64,000 nucleotides of DNA from assembly GCA_964270895.1 (NCBI GenBank), contig OZ185446.1, one strand, 5' to 3'. Origin of the DNA: Podarcis filfolensis. Lineage: Eukaryota. The position numbers and the translations under genes were made by a program. The notes under the pieces were generated by a model that was not told where the DNA came from, searched no databases, and saw only the letters and a list, made by a program, of their open reading frames with translations. Position 1 is the stretch's first letter. The number at the start of each line of letters is the position of its first letter. This document shows, piece after piece, positions 38,280 through 52,407 of the stretch.

Positions 38280-41200
38280 AAAAGTCTTCTACTGTATTTT
38301 TATTCATTCATTCATTCATTTTAGAAAAAACAGTACCTCATGTTGTTGAGGTACTACTGAATATTTATTGAGATAAAAAACCTCAAGCAGTTAATATCTG
38401 AGCAGACGTAATGTGAGTGGGCAACAGAATAGTGACCTCTACACAAATGGGGAAGGTATATTATATTAATACCACGACAGCTGCGCAAAAAGGCAATAGT
38501 AGCTCAGCAGGAAAACATTAGCACATAACACTGGACTCTCAATAAGAGCAAGATGAACCTGACATTCAAGTCACCATGTTTTAACACATAACAAAGGTTT
38601 TTAAAGCAGTTTTCTTTTTGGTTAAAGTTGTGTTTTAATCCCCCCCCCAAAAAAAAACAACTGGAAAAAGGTTGTATTATTTGGATTAAAATTTAAAAAC
38701 TGCACACAAGTTCAGTTGCTTTAGAAGTGTCTGAATCACCTCACCTACATATATGCCAGTAATGCCATAAGCCTATATTTGCGGCACCCAATTAACTTCA
38801 TTTAATAAAATTTATAAATTTCAGATTGGTTACATTTGGTGTGCAGTTTTAAGTTTATGATAATTTTCGTTATTTAAAAGTTCTTCAGGAAAATGAGCTA
38901 GCAATAGTGTGTATATATTTTTTAAGAGTCTACAACGTATCCTGCTGTTATATATTCAGTAGCTTATTTATTTTTAAAAGTAGTATCCATAGTAGTGCTT
39001 GCATGTTTATCTAAAAATCTTTACTTCAGGACAGAAATGTTCGTCTGTGAGGTTTCCTCTACACATGGCAGGCAGCTGTCAGAACCAGTGTGAAGGGTTA
39101 AAGGTCAGCACAGCTGCTCTGTTGAAACGGAGGGTTCCATCAACATCTCAGAATTCCTGTCGAGTGGGAGATGGGAGACCACAGATTAGAGTACACAGGA
39201 GTGCACATATAAGGTCACTTTGTGTCTATCAAAGTGATATCAAACTGCCTAGTTGTACAATACACTTAACTGTGGTCCATGTTCAAAGAAAATAAAATGG
39301 ATGTGTGGATAGCAGACCACCGTTTAACATAAAATTTCATACAATCCTTCAGATAGAAGGACCTAGATATTGTAAAGATATGTTGGCTGTGTGGACATAG
39401 GTGGCAGGCATGCTGACTGAGCAACCGATTTCATAAAAAAGTCTAAGTTAAGTGCTAACAACATCAAATAATTCTTCGTAATTCGATTATGAGGAAGAAA
39501 GAGAAAAATGTCACAGAAAAACCAGGTGCTTTGTATGCAGCAAACCTATAAATCAATACATACATGATTTGTGTTCTATGGATTTGCTTCAAAGCAGTGC
39601 TTAGTGTGTTGTTATTAATTTTTCCAAAAAGAACTGTTAACATGCATTTGAAACCCACAGGTTAAAAAAAGGTGGTTTGAGGATAGGGCAATTGGGAACA
39701 GAGAAGCAGAAGGCAGGGAAGGGTTAAGTGCTTCTTCCTAACTCCAAATCATAATATTTCAAAGTTGATTTTTCTGGGGATGACGACCCTAAAAGGTCTG
39801 TTAATGTGTGTATGTAACTGGTCTGCACATTAGACATGAGTACTTATTTTTATTTTGTGCACACAACATCTGAACAAAACACAGGTAGTAGAATCCTGTC
39901 CTCTGTCTTTGTCTGTCTCTCACAAACACACAATCACTATAATGCAACCTTCTATAATAGTTCCGACAGAAGGGCCCTATGGAAGTTTTCATACTTCTAT
40001 TTGTGTGAAGCACACACACAACTTGCAAGTTATGGCACTACTTCAGATAAATAGAGTAGGTGACTCAGGCACATAATTTACAAATTATGTACAGACTAGC
40101 TGAACTGTTGCAGCAAACTTGGGCAATAGTTCTGGAAGCAACAGAACAATACATCTGTCTGATACTACTATGCATAAGATTTGCAACATAATACCACCTA
40201 CTGCAATGTTGTTATAACATCTGTGGTTTTGTTGCGGCTGTTGGAATCAAGCTGCACAGGGATCACTGATGAGTGATCGCAAAAACGCTCTTCTTTTGTC
40301 CCTCAAACAGCAGGGATCAAATAACTGTTTCTCAGCTGCTGTTCTTTTAAACTAAAACATCTTCACTCTATGTATATCTATGGCAGGTTGGTATCTGTTT
40401 CCTCACAAATGTTTTGTTTTGTTTTGAGACCACCAACCTCGGATCACTAGGTGGTTTTGAGACTAGAAAAGTTCCGTCTCCCCCCCCCCTTTTCTTTTTT
40501 TTAAAGACTTGACTCCTTTAGGTATCTAAGAATTTGTGTTCATTGGCCCCATTCTGTTTGTCTTCCATAAAGACTGTGCCCCAAATGTAAGTAATTTAGA
40601 AATATCAAAAGAGGATCATTAGCTAGCTTCAGGTAAACAAACTATGGTTTCATATTCCTTGAGTCTCACAAATTCTACTGAGAAGTGTAGGACTTCTGGG
40701 TGTTTAGTGTAGTGAATGCCTTTTAAAAAGATGCACTGAGCCATAAGTATGGTAAGGTTTTTTTGGGGGGGGTTGCTTGCATTGTTTAATAAATGATTGT
40801 GTCAGTAACTTCTGCAAGAGGTTATGCAGTGCTACTATAGGTCCTCTATCACGGTTCTCATATTTCTGCTTGTACAACAGGCTTTTGCACAAGTGGGAAA
40901 GCTTACTTTTGAGGAATGCTCTAGGGAAGGGGTGGGGGGGGCATCAAACCTGGGGACCAGATGCAGCCCTCCAGGTCTCTCTATATGACTCTTGGAATTC
41001 TCCCTAGGCTACATCCCATCCCTGAGTATCTTTGCCTTGAATTCTGATAATGCCTCTTGCTCATCAGGATGGAGGCTACAGAGGGGTTTGTTAGTGTGTG
41101 TGAAAGCTTGCCTACTGTACAAAAGCAAAAATATATAATTGGCTGGTTCACTTTGACCTCTGACCTCACACAAAGCTGGCATGTGGTCCTTGAAAGTTTG

Positions 41201-41350
41201 GCCAAAAAGGAGTACAGCCCCATGCTGAAAACTGTTATCCACCCATGATCTAAGGGAAAACATTAACAGATTTGCTGTTAAGTGGGAGATGCCATCTATA
41301 TACAGATTTTGTATCCAAAGATTCCTTCTATTTGCAGGTTTGTATTCAAC
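38280..41350 (-). other. Candidate non-coding terminal exon / 3' UTR, attributed to CDK14 by synteny
   Basis: Strong minus-strand acceptor tctcttccatttgtcttcattacttttgcag|G at 41351/41350, then about 3.07 kb of AU-rich sequence, AATAAA at 38299-38304 and a U-rich downstream element. CDK14 lies upstream of FZD1 on the same strand in other vertebrates. There is no coding sequence to confirm identity. Confidence 0.45.
38299..38304 (-). terminator. Candidate polyadenylation signal of that terminal exon
   Basis: Minus strand: gaatgAATAAAaatacagtagaagactttttttattcatttgtttc. Confidence 0.5.
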
Positions 41351-43907
41351 CTGCAAAAGTAATGAAGACAAATGGAAGAGATTTGGCCTTTATCTTCTTA
41401 AGTCATATTTAATAATGTTTTTGAAAATCTACACAAAGCAATGCATTCGTATTTAATTAATACCACACCTTCCTTCTACAACGAAACTCAAAGACAGCAT
41501 ACATAGGGTTCCCACATGATCACCCATATAGAAGTACTGACTAGACCAGCTTAAATCCAAAAGATTTGACATATTGTGCATTGAGATAGTGCAGTAGCAA
41601 TATCTCAGAATCAGTTTTGGTTTACAGAACCTTCACATGTGTAAAACTGAAGGATTTATGGGTCAATTATGTGTTTATCAGACATACTTAGTGGATATTA
41701 TAGTTCTGTTTTAATTCCTGCCGTTCTGTTTTTTGTTTGTTGCCTTTATTTTAATGCTTTCTATTATATATTTTATTGTTTGCTGACGTTTTCTAAATCT
41801 GCAGCTTCAAGCCACCTTTGAATACTTGGGTAAAGAGAATAGCAAATATTTAAACAAACAAATATTTTAAAGCAAACAGGCAAAAACATTCAGAAATATC
41901 AAGAAAGGGCTCATAATGAAAGTTCAGGGTAAGAAAAGGTTAGAGTTCAATTAATAAATATAGTACTTGACGTTAGGCAGGTACAAGCAGCTCTGGACAA
42001 GACCACCAACTGACCATAAATAGTCTTTTTCTGCCTTCCCCCTCCAGGGGCTATAGGAGACCAATGAAACCATGACAGCCAAACTAGTATAATTACTTAA
42101 TCAAAGCTGTTTAAATAAACACAAGTCAGCAGAAAAGTTTAATTTAGTGACTGAATTGGGAGACACGTGGCTTTCTAAAGAATGAAACACCCATGGCCCA
42201 TGCTTTATAGCTGCTGGTGTCCAAAAGGATTACAGAAAACTGTAACAGCAGAGGTATGTAGTTTAGTTTTGAAACCTGTCCATTTTCACCAATCTAACCC
42301 CACTAAAGTTGTCTCCAAAGCTTTGAAGAAAGGAGTCTCCAAGGATCTGAATTACTTGAGATAAAACAGTGTGATAAGTTAGAGAGAAATGTTGGGGCCT
42401 GCGATAATTATCTCAAAACAATTCACAATATACTCTCAGTGCAGACTTGCTTTGCAATCTATTGATAAATATATTATATAATAAGCATAGTTTAAGCTTT
42501 CAATGCTTTAGTTCAGGGGTAGGCAAAGAGAAATTTGAGTTTTCCTGTTTTTAATACTATCAGGAAGGAACAGCTTTGATTATTGGAACCTCTTGCATAT
42601 GGACAAGTGACAACTTGTATATGGACAGTAAGGAAAGGTGCTTTCTAGAACTTCCCGTTCATACCTTGGTTTCAAACACATTTCTCACTTGTAAGTCAAC
42701 TCCCATTGAAAATGGAATTAGCTCACTACTTTTTTAGAGTACAGAACAAGGTTTTATCATCAGAATTGAGGTACAAACCTTATGCTAGGGGAATGTATCT
42801 CTCAGGTAAAACTAAAGGGAAAAGAGTCTTCCCAAGTTAGGTAACTCAGTGCCCTCTTATGTTAAGACAGAGGAACCTGGCTGGGGGACAGAAGTTGCTT
42901 GAGTGTTTTGTTGGGGTTTTCTTCTAATGTCACAGGGCTTGCTTAGCAGTTCTCTCAATGTTTTGTCTTCTGCTACAGGGATGATATGGAAATTGTGGAA
43001 CATCACTTCCCTGGGGGTCATTTGCAAATTGTTCGTCTAACGACCAGGAGAAGGAACTATCCCATTTTAAATATTTCTAAGTATTGATTGAAATTTGAGA
43101 TTTGGAAGAATGTGATCAGCAGCTATCTCTCATTGTGGTCTTGAATCAACTTATGCCCTGTAGAAAGGTTTGTACCCATAGAGTTAAATATAGGATGAAT
43201 TTGGTCAAGTGGAAGTTACTTCAGTGTATCAAACTCTACAGCTGGGATTTCATACATTCAAGCATCAAGGTCCTTTGATAAGAAATGTTGCCACAGCAGC
43301 TTATAAAAGGGGCAGGGCAATCAGTAAAGGAACAGAGCAGCAGGCTGACTTCTCAAGTATCTAGGATGCAGTAAACTTATACAAATGTAAAGCATGAAAG
43401 AAAAATTTAAGAAGTAAATAAAAAGCACCATATAATTCCTTAAGGAGTACATTTTTGTGGGAAAGAATGCATTGATTACTATTACCTCATATTGCTGTCT
43501 TCCTTTTTAGTAAATGCAGTGATATGATTCTAAAGTAAATTTTGAAGTGGGAAGTGAGAAGACAACAGGAATTCCTTATGAATAGGAATTATAAGGCAAC
43601 AACAGAATAAAAGCAAAAATGTTACCTAGTTCTACAAAATTAAGGAAAATGTATCAGCTATGATGAATTTAATGCACAGCAGGAGAAAGATTACTGTATT
43701 GGCCCAAATATAAGCCACATCTTTAGAATTCAAGTGGGGGAAAGAAAAAAAGACAATACCTTAATATAAGCCGCTCTCTAAAAATTCCACAGGCACTCAC
43801 ACCTGTTCCGTTTTATCATATGTCTGTTTCAGCAGAGATATTGTAAAAGCCAATATTGTAAGGTCGCTTTTCACAGTCGGAATTTGGGGAAAAAAATGAG
43901 GCCTATA

Positions 43908-44097
43908 CAGTGGTACCTCGGGTTACAGACACTTCAGGTTACAGACTCCGCTAACCCAGAAATAGTACCTTGGGTTAAGAACTTTGCTTCAGGATGAAAA
44001 CAGAAATTGCGCAGCGGTGGCAGGAGGCCCCATTAGCTAAAGTGGTACCTCAGGTTAAGAACGGACCATATTAAGTTCTTAACCCGAGGTACCACTG
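43908..44097. mobile_element. Tigger/pogo-type (Tc1/mariner) MITE, 190 bp
   Basis: Perfect terminal inverted repeats CAGTGGTACCTCGGGTTA / TAACCCGAGGTACCACTG with TA on both sides. Confidence 0.92.
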
Positions 44098-47000
44098 TAT
44101 TCAGGCCAATACGGTATATGAAAAGACTGTACAATTTAGTCTATATTACTTAAAGACAGATCTGTATATGAAGTGTTTGAATAATAAGTGCTAATGAAAT
44201 GCATAGAAACCTTGGAGCTAAAAACTGCAAAACAACTTAATTAACCACTATGACACCTTTTTTGACACAGATAGAAATAGCCTATTACTTCAACTATCCT
44301 CTATGTTTAATTTAATAGTAGATGCCAGTTGCATCATCCAGTTATATTACAGTATATAATTCAGGAATTGGAAGGATGGATGATTTAAGTTTGTGAAATC
44401 CTTTCAAACATTGCAAATAAACAATATTTCTCTTGGATTTAAATGACAAAAGCAGATAACTAACTGAAATCTTCCCAGATATGGATTTTTCAGCTGAAAA
44501 CACCATGTGCTTTTAAAGAGGTGGTGGTAGAGGAAAGAAGACTAAAGAATACAAAGAAAGGCTGGAAACACTGGAAATTTGAAACCTGGTAGCAGGTCTG
44601 AGGCTGAGAGATATGTTCCGAATCAGCAAATTTTGCCTAAAATGGGAAGGCTGAGTCACAATACCTCCAGAGAGCATGTCTGTATTCAGCCTGAGAAAAG
44701 CTGAACTATGGAATTCCCTGCCACAATGAAATTTAGCAATGAATCTAACAATTTCCCAAGAATTATTAACTGTCAATATAAAAGGATATCAGTAATTAGC
44801 AACTGATTACACCAATTTCCTCCTATATATATTACTGGCTCTACCCCTCCACCACCATATTATGATTCATGGGCCTCAGAAATGTTTAGCCCTGTCAAGC
44901 AAGCCTGGGGCTTAGAAAGTTTGAGAGGCCCTTGACTATCAAGCTATTTGGGTAATTAAAGGACTGCCTTTTTCTTTTCAAATATAAAGCTGTATCAGTA
45001 GAGTGCATGCATGCATGCATTTGGTTACTCCAGGTTCTATCATGGATCAATACCTCAACCTATTACCACAAAGTATGTAGAAACAGCTTTTTTATATTTC
45101 ATGCCTATTTTGAAAGACAAGCTATTCCAGAACAGCTGTGCAAGGGTTAAGTATGTACACAGCAAAATGGGAGGAGAATGTTGTAATTTTGGTGGGGATT
45201 TATGAATTGCTTAGGCCAGTCAGCATCTTGTGCACAACAGACTCTGTCTAAATCTATTCCATACCTGCTGGGCAGAGACAATTCCCCTCACACTTGGAAC
45301 CTTGAAGTCCTTTAAGCAGTCTGTTCTGTAACCTTGGCAGCTGGGCCTTACACAATCCTTCATCTTTTGCAACTGGGCTTCACTAAATGAAACTATGGCA
45401 GCTTGTTAGCCAACAACTGAGCATGAAATCACTACACTGCAGACCCCTGTTCTGTGAGTCAATCATTTTTTTCTCCCATTACACATTTGTATGCTAAGGT
45501 CAAGGAAAGGAACCAAAAATGGAAGGTACGGAATAAAGTGAATACAAAAGATTGTGAAAGGCAGGAAAATCTATTTGAAGATGTAGATTTAATGCTGTAT
45601 TAGGAAGTTTGTTAATGGATTAAAAATACATTTGAAAGCGGTTAAAGATGTAAAAAGGCTTATTGTTCAACACTGTATTTGAAGCATTCTAATTCTTGTA
45701 GAATCAGTCAAGAATTACGTATAAATTACTAGTGTGTTCAGCATCCTAAAATTTGAATATGTTATTATGAACACATGTATTACTGGGTAAACTTCAGAAG
45801 GTCAAACTACATGTTATATTAAACATGTTCTTTTAAGCACATGCTTGCAATTAGCTACCTCCCCACCCAACTCTGCACTGATTTCCCACTGAAGGTTGCC
45901 TCTGATGCCATCTTCCTTCCCCAGTAAAGATGGATGGCCACTACTGGACTAAAATTTGCTAAGATCTCAGGCTTATTGTGAATTGCTGCTGTTTGAAACA
46001 CTATTTTACTGTTTTGTTTTTTTAAGCTTGTGACTACTTTGGGATCTCTACTGATGAAGTGTGTTTTAGAAGTAAAATAGATCAATAGCCACTGCAAAGA
46101 GTGGCAAGAGGGGATATGGGCAGGAAAAAATGGGATAACATCCCTCCTCTCCCTCAACGCTCTAGATGCAATTGGTAGCCCCCAGTGGATGGCTTTTTGT
46201 ATTAGTATCTGAAACACCAACTAAAGAGAATGTAACTAGCTTGTCAGAAAGGGCAAGCTAACAGTGCTTTTGTAAATTAATATATGTTTTTAAAAGTCCA
46301 AAGAATCGGGCCATCCCAGGATCATGGGAAGCCACACCCGAATGCAAACCTATTGATAGTTATGTTCTCCAGCTCTAGGGTCCCAAGGTTTGATGCAGGT
46401 GCAAGGAATTTGTGCATGAGTCTGAAGTACAGCAGGCAGAGGGTACTGGTCTGTTAAATAGGTGAGGGCAGAAATCCCTTACCTGCATTTATATCAGCTC
46501 TGGGCAATCCAGGTGGTCCATGCTGCCTGCCAATTGCAGGGACTAATGTTACAAATCTCATTCCTTTCTGTGTATGTACAAGGCTGTGCAAGAGAAACAG
46601 ACACAGGCAGCTCACAGAGCAAGACTCAGCCATAGACCTTGAGGTTCTTGCTTCTTAACACAAACACCTCTATAAAGATGGATCAACATTCAAATTCTGC
46701 AGAGAAGTAACACTAAAGTTCGAGGTGGGATAATTCACAGACAATATCTGAAAGGCATATTCTATTGCTCGGTGTGCAGCAGAGCATTCCAGGTTTGGGA
46801 GTTCAAAAGAAAAAATATGTCGTGAAGTGGGATAGATTAATTTTATTCATAGCTATTGGCTACTTGCATGAGCAATATGCAGCCTGTCCCGAGTTTCAAG
46901 GAGCAAGTGCCTATAGCAACCATGTTCACAGTAATACATCCAGCATAGGTGGTCAGACTTAACCTACATTCATGCAAGGACTGCATGGGGGGCAGGGAGA

Positions 47001-48237
47001 ACCCTTAGATGCATGCAAAGCTACATTTCAGAGAAGAACTGAGCTTTACGACAGACATATTTTAAACTGCTGTGCTTGCAAATGAAGCAGACAGGCCCTA
47101 ACATGATCAAGAACACCACATGCTCCATGTCCCAATTTCACATTCTTTTTGTAGCAACTATGCAACAATATTATTTCTTAGGGCCCTAATAAGCTTGAAT
47201 TGTGAAGTAAATTTGATGGGGGGATTCAATGTTGAAATATACTCTAAATTTACTTGCTTGGACCCTTTTTAGTATTTAAAAATCACCACACAAACATATA
47301 TATGGTTCAGTTTCAGAAAACATCTACCTGGTATTATGCTGTTTCCAACAGAGGCTGATATACTAACTACTGATACCGAAGCAATCCATAGCAAACAAGA
47401 TATCACACACAAATGAAATGATGCAACCATGAGTTAAGGAACAGAGGGAGATCGAAAAGGCAACTGCGGTGCAGGGTGAGGAGGTGGGTCTGTTTTAAGC
47501 CAGGGGAGGGGACCTCAGTGAAGACTCCTTCAGTGAAGACTCCTTTGGGAGTCCCTATCAGCTCCAGCCTTCTGAATCCCTGCTTCCACACCTGCCTATA
47601 ATTGGCCAATTTTGCAGACGGGCCAATTTGAATTCCCACAGCCAATGGGAGAGGTTGTTATGTCTTCCGTTGGCTGTTAGAGCCTGGCAAGGAGAGGCTA
47701 GGTGATGGCGGCGTGGATATGCAGGGCTGTAACTGCCATTCCACTTTTAGGTAAGGTCAACACAATTAATTCAGGACATAAGTACAAAATAAAGAATGGG
47801 ATGAAATGAAATTCCAGTGAAAACAATGTAGTGCACGTATAACTATGAAGGAGGGGGAGGTAGTTAGCATCCCAAAGTAATGGACCATCCACCCAATAAT
47901 ACAATTAAAAGGATCTGCTTAAAGGAAGACTAGGGGAATGGTCATTCTGTCTACTAATGTCACTGTTAACCATTCTGTGCAAGAGCAACAGGACCCTGCT
48001 GGAAACGTATACACTCCATTTTCTCTTTTGGGTTAAAGCCAAATGTTGCCAAATCCAGAGAGATGGCATCAGAAACCCAGGCCCTCTCTCATGCTTCTCT
48101 GATTGAATTAGCTACATACTTGTATGGTTCAGCAGTTCTCCCTCTTAATTTCAATCCAGCAGTGTTTTTGCTCAAGGATGGCATAGTATCAGTCAAGCAG
48201 GTATTTAATCAACACAAACTACAAATGAAACCAGTGA

Positions 48238-48459
48238 CCCTGTTCGCATGCAATGCTAAGCCAAACCAAACCATGACTTACAGTTCATGATTTGTCAAAC
48301 TTGTTTCAGATGACAGGGCCAAGCCAAACCATGGTTTAACTCACTGCAGCATAGCAGCATCAGGACCAGACAAGAAGCAAAGCAGTTGTGGTTTCCTCTC
48401 CAGAACCCACATGCTTACACTAAGTCAAGGTCTGGCTTAGCATTATGCGCAAACTGAGC
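48238..48459. mobile_element. Harbinger-like palindromic MITE
   Basis: Inverted arms gttcgcatgcaatgctaagccaaacc / ggtctggcttagcattatgcgcaaac. Confidence 0.55.
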
Positions 48460-49550
48460 TAGTGTCAGTACTATTAGAAGGATAAAAACTGGTGGAAGGA
48501 TATTTCTTCTTTATGATAGCTATACATCTACAGAGCCTCCCTGCCCCCCTAAAAGAAAATAGGGTTTCTTTAAGATGCAAGGTTACTGCAGTACTTACCA
48601 AGAAAAAAATGCTACATCTGCTCTTTTCTCCCTGTTTAAGTGTTCAATATAATTACAGCAAAGGGCTTGTCTTTTTTGGTATCCAGGGGGAAAAACAATT
48701 TTTACAAAAATAGAAAATTACATTAGAAAAAAGCCTCTGGGTATCTAATACTGATTAGAGTATCAACCCCTCTACCCCAGCTGAACATTTCTATTTACTG
48801 TACTTGGCTTTTCTCTTTCCAGTGATTTTGCTTCACATAATATAGAAATGTAACAAGCTTCTCATGATACCTGCTCATTATCAACTAATATAGCACTATA
48901 GGAAAGTTGTGAGGACTCCGATCCAGATCAGAACTGCAGCATGAGGGTGTTCAACCTATCTCCCTCTTGCATCCTTCTCCTGATGCAAGTCTGTGAGAGA
49001 CATGATCTTCCCCTTTAGGAAAACCTATGTGTACCTTAAAAAGGTTACACAGGACCAGTAACACCACACATACCTAAATAGGTCATTGAAGCTCAGACAT
49101 CACAAACAAGACTTGGAGATGGGACAACCTTCCAATCAGGCTGCCTGACACGTTTAGAAGCAGATATTTAAATTTTCATAACTAGACCAAGGCTGCAATC
49201 AAATGCCATTACGCACTGCTTGGAGGCCTAGAGGAATAGTCAGTCAGTCAGTCACTAGAGGAATATAGATTTGCTGCACCAAAATTACAGCTCCAATATC
49301 CTGTGCCTAGAAGTTTACATAATGCTATAGTCCTATCACTTGAGCTTGTGTGGGCCAGAATACTGAAGAACTACTTCCAAGGGCAAGAACCATCATAGGT
49401 GATGCATTCACTACACCAGGTTATCAGAATGCTCACTGGCATGAAGGGTAGTATTGGGTCAGGAAGAAGCATTACTTCCCATCTTCTTGCCTTCCAGCTT
49501 GGAGGATCCGGTGAAGTGTTAGCACACAAAGGAATGGATACCTGTATGAT

Positions 49551-49946
49551 TGTCAGGAACTGCTCCTGAAAAGCAGTGTCACTCTAGCGTCTCAGGGACA
49601 AATTTTCCAGACTGATCTTTCCCAGGCTGGTCATTGGCTACTAATGGGCAAGACAGAATATAAGAGGATTTCCTGACTCAGTGGTGATTTAGTCAAGCAA
49701 CAAGTCCTATCTAAGCTCTAGTGTGACTTCTGTTTCTTGCCTTGTTCTTTATGACTCTGGGCTTGTCCACTGGCCCTGCCTTTTGGTTTGCCTCCCAATC
49801 CGGATTGCTTCTTGATGCCAACTCCTGGCATATTCTACCAGTTCTGCCTTCTGGGTTGCCATCTTTTCAAATTGTTCTTCAGCCCTAACTCTCAGCTCTG
49901 GGCTCCTAACTCACTCTAGCCTGATTCCCACAGCCTAGCATCGACA
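49551..49946 (+). mobile_element. Solo LTR, 396 bp
   Basis: Termini TGTCA...CGACA, 5-bp target-site duplication with one mismatch (ATGAT / GTGAT), internal ATTGG (49633) and TATAAG (49659). Confidence 0.65.
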
Positions 49947-52407
49947 GTGATTCACAAACTGTTCATATAACCAACTACTTGCACACTTACAGGTGTTGGG
50001 CACATCTACACATTCTGTTGTTGACTTTTAAGGTAGAAATATGGTTCCCCCCCCCCATGGTATCAAACCTCATCTTGACATAATAGGACATGAATAGTAA
50101 GTTTCTTAATAATAGCTTTATTGTACTGTTTTTCAAAAAAACACACAATAAAATAAGTTTTCAGAAATGAAGTTGTGTATCTGTGGGTAGCAAATGGAAC
50201 TGCATATCTGGAGAGGTAGTGAGTTTTGCTTTTTTAATAAACTGGCAAGGCATCAATACTTTTAGCACTTTTGCTTTAAAATGAATCATTGCCTGGTATG
50301 CCTATGTAAAGAGTCACTATTCCTGTCCTTCATTGCCACTAAAAACACAGTCATTATTTTTTTTCATCTTAAAGTCTAGCTTCTGAACAAGTGTAGGATT
50401 TTTGCTTAAATGATGCCAAGTTAAAAAAAATACCAGTTGCAACTACAATTTTAAAATAATGACCTCTTACTATTTTGTCAGGGGAGAGCTTGAATAAATA
50501 TTTTGTATGTTTGTTTTTTAATTACTCCATTCTGAGCTTTCACCATGTATATATAATCAACATTTGGAAAATTTAACTGCAGCTGGAAAAGGATGTTGTA
50601 ATTCTTGAAAGTAAATTAAATAAAAATAAAAATAAAGAAACACAAGAAAGAATAAAGCCTTCATAGAGAGTTTCAGCAATTATATCTCCACAGCTACAGT
50701 ATAACCCAAAACTTTGAAGCAGCTTTGATTGCTGAACCATGGTTGAAGGGAATAATTCGGCTTTCACTAAGAAAACAAGCACATTCATTCTTACCACAAT
50801 GGATAGAGGCAGTTTTAATTAAACCTTATCAAAAGATGAATAAAGAATAAACTCAATAACCATTCCACAGGACTCTATTTTCATCTGTTTAGCTGAAGCT
50901 TGCCATGTTCCTGCAATAATTAACCACTGTCCGAGGAATGCTGGAGTTGTGTTAATGTTGGTAAAGATTTAATTAGTTCAATTATCTAGAGAGTATTCAA
51001 GGCTCAGCACAGCACTAATTTCTTCAGGCTTTATACATACCTCAAATCAAAATATATAAAACTGAAATGTAAGTGAACAAAAGAAGCCCCCTATTTCACT
51101 TTAACTATTGAAACACTGCATATTTAATCGTTTTATTACCATATCTTTCAAAAGACTCAACCTAATACACGTGAACTATTTATCATCATCTTGGACACTG
51201 AAAAAGTAAGGTTTTGACTGGTTAAGTACAAAAATGGGGAAATATAGTAGAGGCTGTGGCTCCTCTGCCATTTTCTCCTCTTGTCGCTTACATATTTTAC
51301 TTCTTTCATAGAAAATGAAGCATTTAGAAAGCATTGAAAGCACAGTGACACAGACAACTGTTTCAATCTGTCAGACAGCATGGACAGACAGTAGGGATCA
51401 TGTCAGAAAATAGAATGGCCCCCAGCGGTTTGACCTTCCTGGTGGGAAAGAGAACACAGTGGTGTGCTTGACAAGCTCAGCAACAAAAGAAGTATATTTA
51501 GTCCCCCCATATTCTGACATGCTTCTCACAGTAAAAATGTGCTTAGGGATGAGGGGAAAGTTCATCTCATCTAGCAAGGGATAATTTCTAAACAGTGATT
51601 AACACTACCACCCTATACAGGCCTACTCAGAAGGTAGTCCCACTGAATTCTAGGGAACTTATTCTAGGTTTCTAGCCTAAAAGTCTCCTCCCTGCACAAA
51701 AAAATTAATGAAGAAAACCTCAACTGTTTTTAAGGATTATTCAAACCATAGATGCTAGAGTCTAACTACTTTTTCGAACATTTAATACAATTCATCCACA
51801 AGCTTTCTCCAAACCAATAAAACAAATGTTTCAAGTTGGGTCATTTTGGCATGTCATCCCATCCCCCTTGAGAACCAACTATTTTGTATCCGTCTTCTGA
51901 ATACTAGCTTTAGAGGCATGTGCTGATTTACAAGAGGGCATTCTCTTTATTGCTGGGGTGTATAGAAAACAATTTTGTAGAACCCCCTCTGAAAATTCAG
52001 GCAATACAGATCAAACATTATTTGGGTTTTTATTGACATTCTCATTAGATTTATGAAACCTATTTCCTGACACAAGATCGCTACTGAATCAATATATTTT
52101 ATCCATGTAATGGAGCAACCAGTTTGTAGCCATATTTTTTAACTACTCTCTGCAAAAAACCAATCTATATTAAATGTACTTACTAGCTGCTGGAAACAAA
52201 CACAGATGTTTAACATCTCCCCAAATGTATGCTGTATTTGTTATTACACTGACTTATGTATTAAGCATTATTACATAAATTTAAATGTTTATTATAAATC
52301 CACATAAATACTAGATAACAGCTTAATAATGTGTTTAATGCTAGTACTAAACAAACAAGTTTTAAAATCTTAGTTACAGTATAGTTTATGGGGAGAGGGA
52401 GTGCTTT

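Noticed and set aside
39776-39794. 19-mer ggggatgacgaccctaaaa, repeated 18/19 at 57272..57290
   Set aside because: The flanks are unrelated, and about one such match is expected by chance in 64 kb (about 4e9 pairs x 57/4^19). Only its CpG content is mildly unusual.
40261-40278. Hairpin gatcac-TGATGA-gtgatc with a box C-like loop
   Set aside because: No box D or terminal stem for a snoRNA, and the minus-strand CAGUGA does not form an IRE stem.
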